DNA of 64,000 nucleotides from Waterburya sp. (GTDB lineage: Bacteria > Cyanobacteriota > Cyanobacteriia > Cyanobacteriales > Xenococcaceae), in the NCBI GenBank assembly GCA_965217895.1, contig CBDCJV010000002.1, forward strand, positions 4,736,001 through 4,800,000. Direction: 5' to 3'. The notes under the pieces are model-generated. The model had not been told where the DNA came from. It ran no database searches and saw only the letters and a list, made by a program, of their open reading frames with translations. Within the stretch, counting starts at the first letter, position 1. Every line of letters starts with the position of its first letter. Below are positions 19,969-30,320 of this stretch, piece after piece. The translations under genes were made by a program, and so were the position numbers.

Positions 19969-20062
19969 ATCATTATTTTGAAGGTTTTGTTTGTTATCAT
20001 AACTTGGCAGCTTGTTGAGCTTATGTTCATCAGCGATAATTTTTTATAACATTTTACATAGT

Positions 20063-20428
20063 ATGGGTTTAAGAGAATTTGGCTATCTTTTTTTGTCGAT
20101 TTTATTTAGCGTTGCTGGACAAATATTCTTAAAATTGGGTGCAGTTAAATTAGCCAAAATATCCGCTTCAAGTATTGTTGGTAGGATCATAGAAATATTC
20201 TTAACCCCAGAACTTATTATTGGTTTAGGTTGCTATGGGTTAGGCGCGATCGCCTATATTTTACTATTAACTAAAGTAGACTTGAGTATGGCTGCTCCCG
20301 CGGTTTCTTTGGTGTATGTGTTTTCAGTTTTATTAGGTTATTTTTTGTTTAAAGAAACTATTCCTATATCTAGAGGTTTGGGTTTAGGTTTTATTATTTT
20401 TGGCGTAATTTTAGTAACCTGGAGATGA
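20063..20428 (+). CDS. Small EamA/SMR (ArnE/ArnF-like) membrane protein
   Basis: Four TM segments; GQIFLKLG, LSMAAP, FLFKETI; start placed at ATG 20063. Confidence 0.8.
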   Translation: MGLREFGYLFLSILFSVAGQIFLKLGAVKLAKISASSIVGRIIEIFLTPELIIGLGCYGLGAIAYILLLTKVDLSMAAPAVSLVYVFSVLLGYFLFKETIPISRGLGLGFIIFGVILVTWR

Positions 20429-20533
20429 TATAGCATTTCTCGTATCAATGAGGTACACCTCGGTTCTGTTTGGTTAAGGGGGAAAGGGAAAAAGGGAAAG
20501 TACCGTACTTTATAAGTTTGAGAACCAGCTATA
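20429..20533. mobile_element. MITE-like element with imperfect terminal inverted repeats and GGGAAA(A) repeats
   Basis: TATAGCATTTCTC...GTAC at the left and GTAC...GAGAACCAGCTATA at the right. Confidence 0.55.
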
Positions 20534-20676
20534 AATAAAAGTATTTTGTACGCCACCTCGTTACTCAAATCAGCAACACGCCTCAAAAACAGTTTAATTG
20601 ATAAACTGGTTACAGAAAGAGTGCTGACGCTGTTTAACCTCAGTTGTAAAGTGAAGTTCGGATAGGTTTTGCTCAA

Positions 20677-21840
20677 ATGTCTCAACGACCCATATATCTT
20701 GATGCCCAGGCAACTACACCCATGGATGAAAGAGTGTTGACAGCGATGTTGCCCTACTTTACCGAGCATTTTGGCAACCCTTCGACAAATACTCATCTTT
20801 ATGGCTGGGAGGCTAACGCAGCAGTAAAAAGTGCCAGAGAAGCGATCGCTGCTATAATCAACGCTACCCCCGAAGAAATCGTCTTTACTAGTGGCGCAAC
20901 CGAAGCCAACAACCTGGCAATCAAAGGGGTTGCCGAGGCTTATTTTAGTCAGGGTAAGCATATTATTACTGTAGCGACAGAACATCGCGCCGTATTAGAT
21001 CCCTGTGCTTATCTAGAAACTTTAGGCTTTGAAGTTACTTACCTTCCTGTGCAGCCTGATGGTTTGTTAGATATAAAACAGCTAGAAGCAGCAATTCGCG
21101 AGGATACTATTTTGGTATCGGTGATGGCAGCCAACAACGAAATTGGTGTATTGCAACCATTAACCAAAATTGGCGAGATCTGTCATGGTCACGGGGTACT
21201 GTTTCATACTGATGCAGCACAAGCGATCGCTAAAGTACCTTTAGACGTGGCAGCAATGAATATTGATTTGATGTCTCTGACTGCTCACAAAGTATATGGA
21301 CCAAAAGGAATTGGTGCTTTGTATGTGCGTCGCCGTGACCCCAGAGTCAAGCTGGCTTCACAGATCCAAGGCGGAGGACAAGAAAGAGGCAGGCGTTCAG
21401 GCACACTGTATACACCGCAGATAGTCGGCTTTGCTCAAGCCTTGAAAATCGCTATGGAGTCTAGGGAATCTGAGTCAGTCCGTTTACTACAGTTGAAAAA
21501 GCAGCTTTGGTCGATGTTTGAAACCATGGAGGGTATTCATCTTAACGGCAGCTTTACCAATAGTCTGACTGGTAATCTAAATTTGAGTATTGAGGGAGTT
21601 GATGGTTCAGCTTTATTATTAGGAATACAATCAGCGATCGCTGTATCTTCTGGTTCGGCTTGTTCTTCTACTTCCACTGCACCTTCCCATGTTTTAACTG
21701 CTATAGGACGGGATGAAAAACTTGCCCATGCCTCCTTGCGCTTTGGTATTGGTAGGTTTAATACGACCGAAGAAATTAAGACCGCAGGAGAAATTGCGAT
21801 CGCCACAATTAAATCTCTGCGTCAGGCTAATAAAACTTAA
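20677..21840 (+). CDS. iscS: IscS/NifS-family cysteine desulfurase
   Basis: YLDAQATTP, FTSGATEANN, HTDAAQ, TAHKVYGPKG, SSGSACSS. Confidence 0.92.
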   Translation: MSQRPIYLDAQATTPMDERVLTAMLPYFTEHFGNPSTNTHLYGWEANAAVKSAREAIAAIINATPEEIVFTSGATEANNLAIKGVAEAYFSQGKHIITVATEHRAVLDPCAYLETLGFEVTYLPVQPDGLLDIKQLEAAIREDTILVSVMAANNEIGVLQPLTKIGEICHGHGVLFHTDAAQAIAKVPLDVAAMNIDLMSLTAHKVYGPKGIGALYVRRRDPRVKLASQIQGGGQERGRRSGTLYTPQIVGFAQALKIAMESRESESVRLLQLKKQLWSMFETMEGIHLNGSFTNSLTGNLNLSIEGVDGSALLLGIQSAIAVSSGSACSSTSTAPSHVLTAIGRDEKLAHASLRFGIGRFNTTEEIKTAGEIAIATIKSLRQANKT

Positions 21841-21859
21841 GGCATTGCTAGTTTAGAGT

Positions 21860-22732
21860 ATGAAACCGATAGTGATACTATTTATAGCTATAAGTTTATT
21901 ATCTTTATCTTTTAGTTGCGATCGCGCTAATTCTCTCAATAACCTAGCAGAAAATGCGGAATCTTATCTGTTACCAATTGTTAGAGGTAATTGGTACAAG
22001 CCTCCTGTTTTCGCCTCCTGGCAATGGCAATTGCAGGGACAAGTTAATACAGCTTATGATGTCAACCTGTATGATATAGACCTTTTTGATTCATCAACAA
22101 CTTTAATTAGGCAGCTTCAGGAAAAAGATAAAAAGGTTATTTGTTATTTTTCGGCTGGTTCTTATGAACAATGGCGATCTGATGCTGCTCAATTTACTGC
22201 TAAAAATCTAGGTAATTCTCTTGATGGCTGGGCTAAAGAACAGTGGCTTGATATTCGCTCAGACAGTGTTCGTTCAATTATCAAAAGTCGCCTTGATTTA
22301 GCTGTAGAAAAGGGATGTGATGGAGTAGAGCCAGATAATATGGATGGCTATCTCAATAATTCTGGTTTTAATTTAAGCTTTGCAGATCAGCTTACATTTA
22401 ATCGTTGGGTTGCTAATCAAGCACATTTGAGAAATTTGGCAGTTGGTTTAAAAAATGATCTTGAGCAAATTGACGAGTTAGAAGCATATTATGATTTCGC
22501 TGTTAATGAACAATGTTTTGAATATTTTGAATGCAATTCTCTTACTCCTTTTATCCATAACAACAAGCCAGTTTTAAATGCTGAATATGAACAAAAATAT
22601 CTTCATAATTCTATGGCTAGAAATAACTTATGCGTTAAATCTCTTAGTCTGAAATTTAGTACATTAATTTTGCCTTTAAAATTAGATGATGAATTTCGCT
22701 ATAGCTGTTTATTCAATAGCTCTAAGTTTTAG
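21860..22732 (+). CDS. GH114 endo-alpha-1,4-polygalactosaminidase-like lipoprotein
   Basis: Lipoprotein-like signal (SFSC); WQWQL, DIDLF, ICYFSAGSYE, GCDGVEPDNMD, GLKND, AVNEQC. Confidence 0.85.
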   Translation: MKPIVILFIAISLLSLSFSCDRANSLNNLAENAESYLLPIVRGNWYKPPVFASWQWQLQGQVNTAYDVNLYDIDLFDSSTTLIRQLQEKDKKVICYFSAGSYEQWRSDAAQFTAKNLGNSLDGWAKEQWLDIRSDSVRSIIKSRLDLAVEKGCDGVEPDNMDGYLNNSGFNLSFADQLTFNRWVANQAHLRNLAVGLKNDLEQIDELEAYYDFAVNEQCFEYFECNSLTPFIHNNKPVLNAEYEQKYLHNSMARNNLCVKSLSLKFSTLILPLKLDDEFRYSCLFNSSKF

Positions 22733-22855
22733 GCTGTAAGCTATAAGCTTTTTTAAATAACTTATAGGGTTCGCCAAACAAAATAAAAAAAAAGTTTAAT
22801 TGAGGTATAAGGCGATCGCTAATATCTAAACAACATCAGTTTTTTTTGACCAGCA

Positions 22856-24103
22856 TTAACATACAGTGCTTTTTCTTTGTTGAAATAGATTTATTATTTC
22901 TTGAGAAATATTAGAAGGCATTTTCTTGATTTTAGAGTTAACGTTGATTATGTAATGAGGAGGCTTTTCTATTTCTAGAAATTCTAGAACCTGATTTGTT
23001 TGCGATTCTGCATCTTCGACTATATCTTCGTAGACCAATATTAAAGGTTCTACATTGTTATCTGCTAATATCTTTTTTAAACGAGCTTCTTGATGATTAA
23101 TAAAATCAATTTTTTGTTCGACATTTTTGAGTAGGGAATCATTAATATTAATATCTTTTAGTTTTGCTTGATAGTTAATATTATTGGCGACATCGCGAAT
23201 ATGCCAGATCTCGGTTTGTTGAGCTAAAACTAATGATACTGCTTGTGCCAGCTTATCTCTTCTAGTCAGAAAAATAAATTTATCTAAAGAACTAAATATC
23301 TGCTGAAAATCAAATCTAGTTTGTTTTAACTCAAATAAAAAATGCGATATTAACTTAGTACCAAAAACTCCATTATCTGTAGTACGGTACTGTAATAAGT
23401 TATGCAGCAATCTTAAATAATCAAAATCACAGTATCGTGCTAACTCTTGAGCAGCAAGCCTCAAATGTTCTATTGGATAGCCAGCAATTCCTGTAGATTC
23501 TAGTAGATCGCAAAAGTAGGTTGAACCAGAGCGAGGAGTTGTTACAATTGCGTAAGTTACTTTGGGCTTAATAATCTGTTCAGACGAAGGTTGTAATAGT
23601 TGTCTTTTGCAAACGAGGTTGATAAAGACATCTGCAAAAAGTCGTAATGGAGTTGCCTTTATTTTAAGTTCAATCGCTTTTTGCTTTACTCGCTTAAACA
23701 CAGCAGCTTCATCTTTAAAAGATGCCACAATAATTGCTTGATATTTACCAACGGTCACAGCAGCGCGAAAAGCCGTTGCGGGGGTTCCCCCCGTTGAGGC
23801 TATTGAGCAAGAAGGCTCCGTCCGTTTAGAAGTCCCCGTGCTGTTCCGTTTAGGAACAGCTTCATGCGGGACGTGGCGGAGTAATCTGTGACCTACTTCA
23901 GTTTCTTGGGTAAATATGTCATCTAAGTTCCCAATAGATAGATCGTAGTAATAGTTATTATCAACCTGCTGATCTTTTTGAAAAAACTCTTGAAGATACT
24001 GCAAAATCTCAGTCTCGCCCACAAAAAACAATCGATTTTGAGATGACAATTGTTTTAAAAACTGTGTTTCTTCTATAGCTTGAAATGTTTGAGCTAATTT
24101 CAT
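22856..24103 (-). CDS. Stf0-family sulfotransferase containing an in-frame repeat insertion
   Basis: TTPRSGST (5'-PSB), NGVFGTKL, RRDKLAQAVS; GC-rich insert at 23753-23893. Confidence 0.85.
   Translation of the reverse strand: MKLAQTFQAIEETQFLKQLSSQNRLFFVGETEILQYLQEFFQKDQQVDNNYYYDLSIGNLDDIFTQETEVGHRLLRHVPHEAVPKRNSTGTSKRTEPSCSIASTGGTPATAFRAAVTVGKYQAIIVASFKDEAAVFKRVKQKAIELKIKATPLRLFADVFINLVCKRQLLQPSSEQIIKPKVTYAIVTTPRSGSTYFCDLLESTGIAGYPIEHLRLAAQELARYCDFDYLRLLHNLLQYRTTDNGVFGTKLISHFLFELKQTRFDFQQIFSSLDKFIFLTRRDKLAQAVSLVLAQQTEIWHIRDVANNINYQAKLKDININDSLLKNVEQKIDFINHQEARLKKILADNNVEPLILVYEDIVEDAESQTNQVLEFLEIEKPPHYIINVNSKIKKMPSNISQEIINLFQQRKSTVC
23753..23893. mobile_element. 141-bp GC-rich palindromic composite element inserted in frame
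   Basis: Ends GGTCACAG/CTGTGACC; core GTTGCGGGGGTTCCCCCGTTGAG nearly identical to the reverse complement of 54160-54183; internal hairpin GCTGTTCC-GTTTA-GGAACAGC. Confidence 0.8.
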
Positions 24104-24304
24104 ATCAATTTCATTATGGTATCTAACTAATGTTCAGGTTAAATCTGATCGACACTATTACTTGTCTAGCGATTTTGCGTTTCATCAAGTTAACTTATTT
24201 TTAGTTGATTTGCTAACGTTAGCCAATTTTCAAGATAATCGACAATGGTATAGGTTACAATCTGCTGCAAGATGCAATTAACAACGCTTTAAACTTCTAC
24301 GTTT

Positions 24305-24605
24305 GGTTATCTAGTTTTTTTAACAATCTACGTAGGGTTGTATGCCCTTATTGCCTTGGGCTTAAATTTGCAGTGGGGGGATATGCAGGGCTAATCTATT
24401 TCAAGAATATATCTTAATTAGTGTTTTGAATTGCTTAGGAGCTTTTGCTACTTGGCAACTGTGGCGTGGTTTGCGATCGCTCTATTGGCAGGAACATTTT
24501 ATGATTGGCAGCTTACAACTATCTACCCGACTAATTTTGAAACTTTAGTGACCTTTAATATCTAGACAGACGATGGTAGTTTTAGGTGGTGCAGGTAAAA
24601 ATCCT
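24305..24605 (+). pseudogene. Remnant of a branched-chain amino acid ABC permease (LivM/NatC-like)
   Basis: Fragments GYLVFLTIYVGLYALIALGLNLQWG / YAGLIYF ... AIALLAGTFYDWQLTTIYPTNF..TFNI* / MVVLGGAG, with frameshifts, a stop and large deletions. Confidence 0.8.
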
Positions 24606-24798
24606 GAGGAAATTTTAGTCAGGAAAGAAGAGTTGACTTTAGGAAAATAAATTTCTAACAAGCGTAGCAGCACTAGGATTGTTATTTGCTGATGTTACGC
24701 ACTCATTAATCTGTGAGGATAGAGAAAAGGATTAAAGGATAGATTGTTCTTTTTTATTTCCTATTGAAACTAGCAATCTTTGTTTTGCGTAACGTCAG

Positions 24799-25101
24799 TT
24801 ATTTATTACTATTAGACGCAAGACTGCGAACTAAATTTCTACAGCCAGCACAGTCACAACCATAAAGCTGGATTGCCTTATCTCCTTCACGATCGAGTTC
24901 GGCTGCTGTTCCACTATCAGATTGATCGCAGCTACAGTCTACAAAAGGATAGTCAGTTTTTCTTTCAGGAATATCGGCAACCTCGCTATCTGTTTCAGGA
25001 GCAGTAAAAACATACTCTTTGGCACTGGCAGAGTTAGCCGAAAGTAAACTTAAAGCTACAGAGCCAGAACAACCAAGAGCAGTCAGTAATCTTTTATTCA
25101 T
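24799..25101 (-). CDS. Small secreted Cys-rich hypothetical protein
   Basis: Signal peptide ending in ASA; CSC and GCDCAGC motifs. Confidence 0.75.
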   Translation of the reverse strand: MNKRLLTALGCSGSVALSLLSANSASAKEYVFTAPETDSEVADIPERKTDYPFVDCSCDQSDSGTAAELDREGDKAIQLYGCDCAGCRNLVRSLASNSNK

Positions 25102-25399
25102 AATGAGAAAAGCCTGAAGGGTTTACGCGCATCTTTAATCACCTTGTTGAAATAGGATCATAGCTGAAAAAACATTGTACGTCTAGTGTAAATTTAAAAA
25201 CTTTCAAATGCCTTTGTTGGATGTTAGTCTAACATCTAAAATATGTTGGCAAGATTATTCTTTTCTTTATTAAGATATAGCTTATAATTTCTAAGTGATG
25301 TTGCTTAATCAGGATATAGAAAAACAAACATTAAATATATTTGATTCTGAAATCAACACGTTAGAAATCAGCAACGATCTAAAAAATAAAGTTTGGGTT

Positions 25400-26998
25400 A
25401 TGGAAAATTCAAAAGACCGCATCATTATTTTCGACACCACTTTAAGAGACGGAGAACAATCTCCTGGCGCAACCCTCAACGTTGAAGAAAAGCTGGAAAT
25501 TGCCCATTCTCTCTCACGACTTGGGGTTGATGTAATTGAAGCGGGGTTTGCTTTTGCCAGCCCTGGAGACTTTGAAGCGGTACAAAAAATTGCGGCACAG
25601 GTGGGAACAGAAAATGGCCCTGTAATCTGTAGCTTAGCCAGAGCAATTAAAGCTGATATTAAGGCTGCCGCCGAAGCTTTAGAACCCGCTGCCAATGCCA
25701 GAATTCATACTTTTATTTCTACTTCTGATATTCACTTGGAGTATCAGTTAAAGAAATCTCGGGCTGAAGTCTTGGATATAGCTCAAGAAATGGTAGCTTA
25801 CGCCAAGTCCTTTATGGATGACGTGGAGTTTTCGCCCATGGACGCAGTGCGAACTGATTCAGAATATTTATATCAGGTATTAGAAGCGGCGATCGCAGCA
25901 GGGGCAACTACTGTTAATATTCCTGATACAGTAGGATATACTACCCCCACTGAATTTGGCGCATTGATCAAAGGCATCTGTGATAACGTGCCAAATATCG
26001 ACCAGGCAATAGTTTCAGTTCATGGTCACAATGATTTGGGTTTAGCAGTGGCTAACTTCTTAGAAGCGATTAAGAATGGTGCAAGACAGCTAGAATGTAC
26101 CATTAATGGCATCGGTGAGCGAGCTGGTAACGCAGCCCTAGAAGAGTTAGTGATGGCACTTCATGTACGCCGTCAATACTTTAATCCTTTCTTGGGTAGA
26201 TCGGTCGAATCAACTGAACCACTAACAAATATTGATACTCAGCAGATATATAAAACTTCTCGCTTGGTATCTAATCGTACAGGCGTAATTGTTCAGCCAA
26301 ATAAAGCCATTGTCGGCGCGAATGCTTTTGCTCATGAGTCGGGTATTCACCAAGATGGGATGCTTAAAAATAAGCGAACCTACGAAATTATGGACGCACA
26401 GTCTATTGGCTTGACTGATAACCAGCAGATTATTTTAGGTAAACATTCTGGTCGCAATGCCTTTCGGACTCGCTTAACAGAATTAGGCTTTGAACTATCG
26501 GAAACAGACTTAAATAAAGCCTTTGTGCGCTTTAAAGAAGTTGCCGACAAGAAAAAAGAAATCACTGACTGGGATATCCAAGCAATTGTCAGTGATGAAA
26601 TTAGACAGCCTCCTGAGTTGTTCCGTTTAGAACTAGTGCAAATATCCTGTGGCGATCGCTCTCAACCCACAGCTACGGTTACTCTGCGCACTCCTAACGG
26701 CGAGGAATTAACCGATGCTGCCATTGGTACAGGACCAGTTGATGCAATTTACAAGGCGATTAATCGAGTGACTAATATTCCTAATGAGCTGATTGAATTT
26801 TCGGTACAGTCAGTCACAGCAGGAATAGACGCGATCGGGGAGGTAACAATTCGCCTGCGCCATAATGACAGAATATACTCTGGTCGCGCTGCGAATACCG
26901 ATATTATTGTTGCTTCTGCTAAGGCTTATGTCAAAGCCTTAAATCGCCTTTATGCTGCGCTGCAAGAGAAAAAAGTAGAATCTCAAGTCGGCGTTTAA
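25400..26998 (+). CDS. leuA: 2-isopropylmalate synthase
   Basis: [46 protein letters not shown]; start placed at ATG 25400. Confidence 0.97.
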   Translation: MENSKDRIIIFDTTLRDGEQSPGATLNVEEKLEIAHSLSRLGVDVIEAGFAFASPGDFEAVQKIAAQVGTENGPVICSLARAIKADIKAAAEALEPAANARIHTFISTSDIHLEYQLKKSRAEVLDIAQEMVAYAKSFMDDVEFSPMDAVRTDSEYLYQVLEAAIAAGATTVNIPDTVGYTTPTEFGALIKGICDNVPNIDQAIVSVHGHNDLGLAVANFLEAIKNGARQLECTINGIGERAGNAALEELVMALHVRRQYFNPFLGRSVESTEPLTNIDTQQIYKTSRLVSNRTGVIVQPNKAIVGANAFAHESGIHQDGMLKNKRTYEIMDAQSIGLTDNQQIILGKHSGRNAFRTRLTELGFELSETDLNKAFVRFKEVADKKKEITDWDIQAIVSDEIRQPPELFRLELVQISCGDRSQPTATVTLRTPNGEELTDAAIGTGPVDAIYKAINRVTNIPNELIEFSVQSVTAGIDAIGEVTIRLRHNDRIYSGRAANTDIIVASAKAYVKALNRLYAALQEKKVESQVGV

Positions 26999-27022
26999 TT
27001 TGAGGAGCAATTTTTAAAAAAG

Positions 27023-27058
27023 CGATCGCCGTGATAGCTCAATTTTTATGGCGATCGA
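27023..27058 (+). terminator. Hairpin after leuA built from HIP1-like arms
   Basis: CGATCGCCGTGA ... TTATGGCGATCG followed by a T-rich tract. Confidence 0.55.
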
Positions 27059-27097
27059 GAATTTTATTTTAAATTAAGGCATCGCACCAAAGTAATT

Positions 27098-27186
27098 AAG
27101 TAGGTGTGCAAAATTAATTTCCTAGTTGAGATCGGGAAAAGGGAAAAGAAAAAGTTAAATGTGTAATTAATTTTGTTTAGGTAATT
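27098..27186. mobile_element. MITE-like element with GGGAAAA heptamers
   Basis: Inverted core CAAAATTAATT (27109-27119) / AATTAATTTTG (27165-27175). Confidence 0.6.
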
Positions 27187-27295
27187 ACCAATAATTTTGC
27201 CATCTATCTATAAGATCGGCAGCAACAGGCAGCTTGCCTTCTTATTGTTTCGCTTTAAACTTTCAGCCAAGAGTGCTTTATCAATCGGATTTAGT

Positions 27296-27853
27296 ATGAA
27301 AAAAACCGAGCGAGAAAAAATGCTAAATAACGAGTTGTATTTGGCAGCAGATGAAGAACTAACTGCAATGCGCTTCCACGCTCGTCAATTGCTTTATGAC
27401 TTCAACTTTTCACTGCCTGACAAAGCAGATCGCCGTAAAAATATTGTTTCTAGTTTGTTTGGCAATATTGGTTCAAATTTCACCGTAGAACCTCCTTTTT
27501 ATGGCGATTATGGTTGTCATATTTTTGCTGGAGATAATTTATACATTAATTATGACTGCACAATTCTTGACTGCAATACGGTGCATTTAGGCAATGATGT
27601 TTTACTCGCACCAAAGGTTCAAATCTATACAGCATATCATCCCACCAATCCCGAATTGAGATTATCAGGGAAGGAATTAGCAGCATCAGTTGTAATTGGC
27701 GATAATGTTTGGCTTGGCGGTGGGGTAATTGTTTGTCCTGGCGTTGCTATTGGCTCGAATGTAACTGTCGGTGCGGGTAGTGTTGTAACTAAAGATATAC
27801 CAAGCAATGTTGTAGCAGCAGGTAATCCCTGTCGAATTCTCAAAAGAGTTTGA
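27296..27853 (+). CDS. maa: Sugar (maltose/galactoside) O-acetyltransferase
   Basis: EKML..ELY, PPFYGDYG, hexapeptide repeats, AAGNPCR; start placed at ATG 27296. Confidence 0.88.
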   Translation: MKKTEREKMLNNELYLAADEELTAMRFHARQLLYDFNFSLPDKADRRKNIVSSLFGNIGSNFTVEPPFYGDYGCHIFAGDNLYINYDCTILDCNTVHLGNDVLLAPKVQIYTAYHPTNPELRLSGKELAASVVIGDNVWLGGGVIVCPGVAIGSNVTVGAGSVVTKDIPSNVVAAGNPCRILKRV

Positions 27854-27913
27854 TATCATTTAAAAAGCTGATTTTTTTTGCTTCTTTTCCTATAAGTCCA
27901 GTTAGAAGAAATT

Positions 27914-28942
27914 ATGAATCTTAGTAGACGAGATGTATTTAAGTTAGCTTCTGCATCAGGTTTAGTTGCTGCGGGTTTAGCAGCCAAGAAGCCCATTGTT
28001 AAACCTCTATTGGCACAATCAGATACTGGAGTTAAGTCAGGGGAAATGCTCTATCGTTCACTAGGACGCACTGGAGAAAAAGTATCCGTAATAGGTTTGG
28101 GCGGTCATCATATTGGCAGACCTAAAGATGAACAATTCGCGATCGCGCTTATTCAGACAGCAATTGATCGCGGCATCAATTTTATGGACAATTGCTGGGA
28201 TTATCACAATGGCGGTAGCGAACTGAGAATGGGCAAAGCCCTCCAAAATGGTTATCGCGATCGCGTATTTTTGATGACTAAAATTGATGGTCGAACTAAA
28301 AAAGCTGCTGCCAAACAGATCGAGCAGTCCCTTCAACGCTTACAAACCGATCGCATTGATTTGTTACAACACCATGAAATTATTCGCCTGGAAGACCCCG
28401 ATCGCGTTTTTGCGCCTGGTGGCTCGATGGAAGCAGTACTGGAAGCTCAAAAAGCTGGTAAAGTTCGTTATATTGGCTTTACTGGTCATAAAGATCCCTT
28501 AGTTCACCTCAGAATGTTACAAGTTGCCAAACAAAACAACTTCCGTTTTGATGCGGTGCAAATGCCTTTAAATGTAATGGACGCTCATTTTAGAAGTTTT
28601 GAACGCCAAGTTTTACCCGTTCTTGTCAAGAACGAAATCGGCGTATTAGGAATGAAATCAATGGGCGATCCCTACATTCTCAAGAGTAAAACTGTTACTC
28701 CGATTGAATGCCTTCATTACACAATGAATTTGCCCACTTCGACCGTAATTACGGGCATTGAAAAAATGCCTATCTTAGACCAAGCATTTGAAGCAGTCAA
28801 GACTTTTGAACCCATGAGCGAAGAACAGGTCAATGCACTGCTCGATCGCACTCGCCAAGCGGCAGCAAATGGTCAGTATGAACTATTTAAAACGACTAGC
28901 AAATTTGACGGTACGGCTGAAAATCCTCAGTGGCTGGGATAA
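27914..28942 (+). CDS. Aldo/keto reductase with Tat-like leader
   Basis: SRRDVFK leader; LGRTGEKVSVIGLGG, D...Y, GKVRYIGFTGH. Confidence 0.88.
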   Translation: MNLSRRDVFKLASASGLVAAGLAAKKPIVKPLLAQSDTGVKSGEMLYRSLGRTGEKVSVIGLGGHHIGRPKDEQFAIALIQTAIDRGINFMDNCWDYHNGGSELRMGKALQNGYRDRVFLMTKIDGRTKKAAAKQIEQSLQRLQTDRIDLLQHHEIIRLEDPDRVFAPGGSMEAVLEAQKAGKVRYIGFTGHKDPLVHLRMLQVAKQNNFRFDAVQMPLNVMDAHFRSFERQVLPVLVKNEIGVLGMKSMGDPYILKSKTVTPIECLHYTMNLPTSTVITGIEKMPILDQAFEAVKTFEPMSEEQVNALLDRTRQAAANGQYELFKTTSKFDGTAENPQWLG

Positions 28943-29182
28943 AAAATTTGACCGAGAGGGATGCCCTAAAGGATTCATACTCTAAATTAATTTTTGACGA
29001 TAACCACTTGCTTAGTCAACGTACTGCGATAAGTTTAAATATAATCGTCAATTTGTTCGGATTCTGACTGATAAGCGTCAAGTAATTTCAATAAAATAAA
29101 ATAGAATCGCAAAATCAAAGAAAGCAGGTTAACCTAAAGACCAAATTTATATCCACCATCCTTCTCCAAGGAGATATTTAAG

Positions 29183-30274
29183 GTGAATTTCGGCACTTGG
29201 ATCGGTCTAATTGTTTTTTTCATTTCTTTATATGTTTTATGGCAGATTAAGCAGCTATTACTATTGCTATTTACCGCAATTGTTTTGGCTACCTCGCTTA
29301 ATATTCTGGTCAAAAGCTTTCAAAAACGCGGTATCAAAAGAAGAAATGCAGTTTTGTTGTCTATCCTTTTTTTGATTTTTGTGGCTGCTGGCTGTATCTG
29401 GATTGTTGTTCCTCCTTTTATCGATCAGTTTCAGGCTTTAGGAAACTTAATACCCAAGGGAATAGAAAAATTAGATACCTGGATCAACTTACTATCAGAG
29501 CGACTTGACCCCAGAATAATTAATTTTTTACCAAATACAGAAGAATTAAATAAACAAATACAGCCTCTGATTCGGCAATTCTTGGGTGGTGGATTGACTA
29601 TTTTTTATAGTTCTTTGGGAGTTTTGCTAGGTATTTTACTGCTGCTAGCAATTACTCTAATGCTGCTGAGCGATCCAAATTCTTATCGTCAAGGATTTAT
29701 TAGGCTTTTTCCCTCTTTTTATCGTCGGCGGGTTGGGGAAATTTTGGATCTTTGCACCAAAGGTTTAGAAGGTTGGCTAGTGGGAATTCTCTTTAATATG
29801 GTAGTCATTGCTGTCTTCAGTTTTATCGGCTTGTTAGTGCTGGGCATTCCCCTCGCTTTATCCCAAGCAATGTTAGCAGGGGTGATGACCTTTATACCTA
29901 ATATTGGTCCTACTTTAAGCGTAATGTCACCGATGGCGATCGCCTTGATTGAAGCACCCTGGAAATCTTTAGCAGTCTTGATTCTGTATATAATTATTCA
30001 ACAGCTAGAAAGTAATGTCTTGACCCCAATTGTCATGGCACAACAGGTATCTCTTTTACCTGCTGTTACTTTAATATCTCAAGTATTTTTTGCCACCTTT
30101 TTTGGTTTTTTAGGCTTATTTCTCTCGTTACCTCTAACGGTTGTTGGTCAAATCTGGTTTAAAGAAGTAATCATCAAAGATGTATTAGATAATTGGAATT
30201 ATTCATTTGTAGGACATAGAAGAATAAAAGAGCAATCAAAAATCGAACCAACTACAGTAAATGAGGAAGAATAA
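29183..30274 (+). CDS. AI-2E family transporter
   Basis: FIPNIGP, IQQLESNVLTP, GFLGLFLSLP. Confidence 0.9.
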   Translation: MNFGTWIGLIVFFISLYVLWQIKQLLLLLFTAIVLATSLNILVKSFQKRGIKRRNAVLLSILFLIFVAAGCIWIVVPPFIDQFQALGNLIPKGIEKLDTWINLLSERLDPRIINFLPNTEELNKQIQPLIRQFLGGGLTIFYSSLGVLLGILLLLAITLMLLSDPNSYRQGFIRLFPSFYRRRVGEILDLCTKGLEGWLVGILFNMVVIAVFSFIGLLVLGIPLALSQAMLAGVMTFIPNIGPTLSVMSPMAIALIEAPWKSLAVLILYIIIQQLESNVLTPIVMAQQVSLLPAVTLISQVFFATFFGFLGLFLSLPLTVVGQIWFKEVIIKDVLDNWNYSFVGHRRIKEQSKIEPTTVNEEE

Positions 30275-30320
30275 TCGGTGATTATTAATACGAATGATAA
30301 ATGTTTAATGATAAATGATC

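Noticed and set aside
20338..20985. 215-aa minus-strand ORF
   Set aside because: Overlaps iscS and the EamA-like gene in antisense and crosses a repeat element
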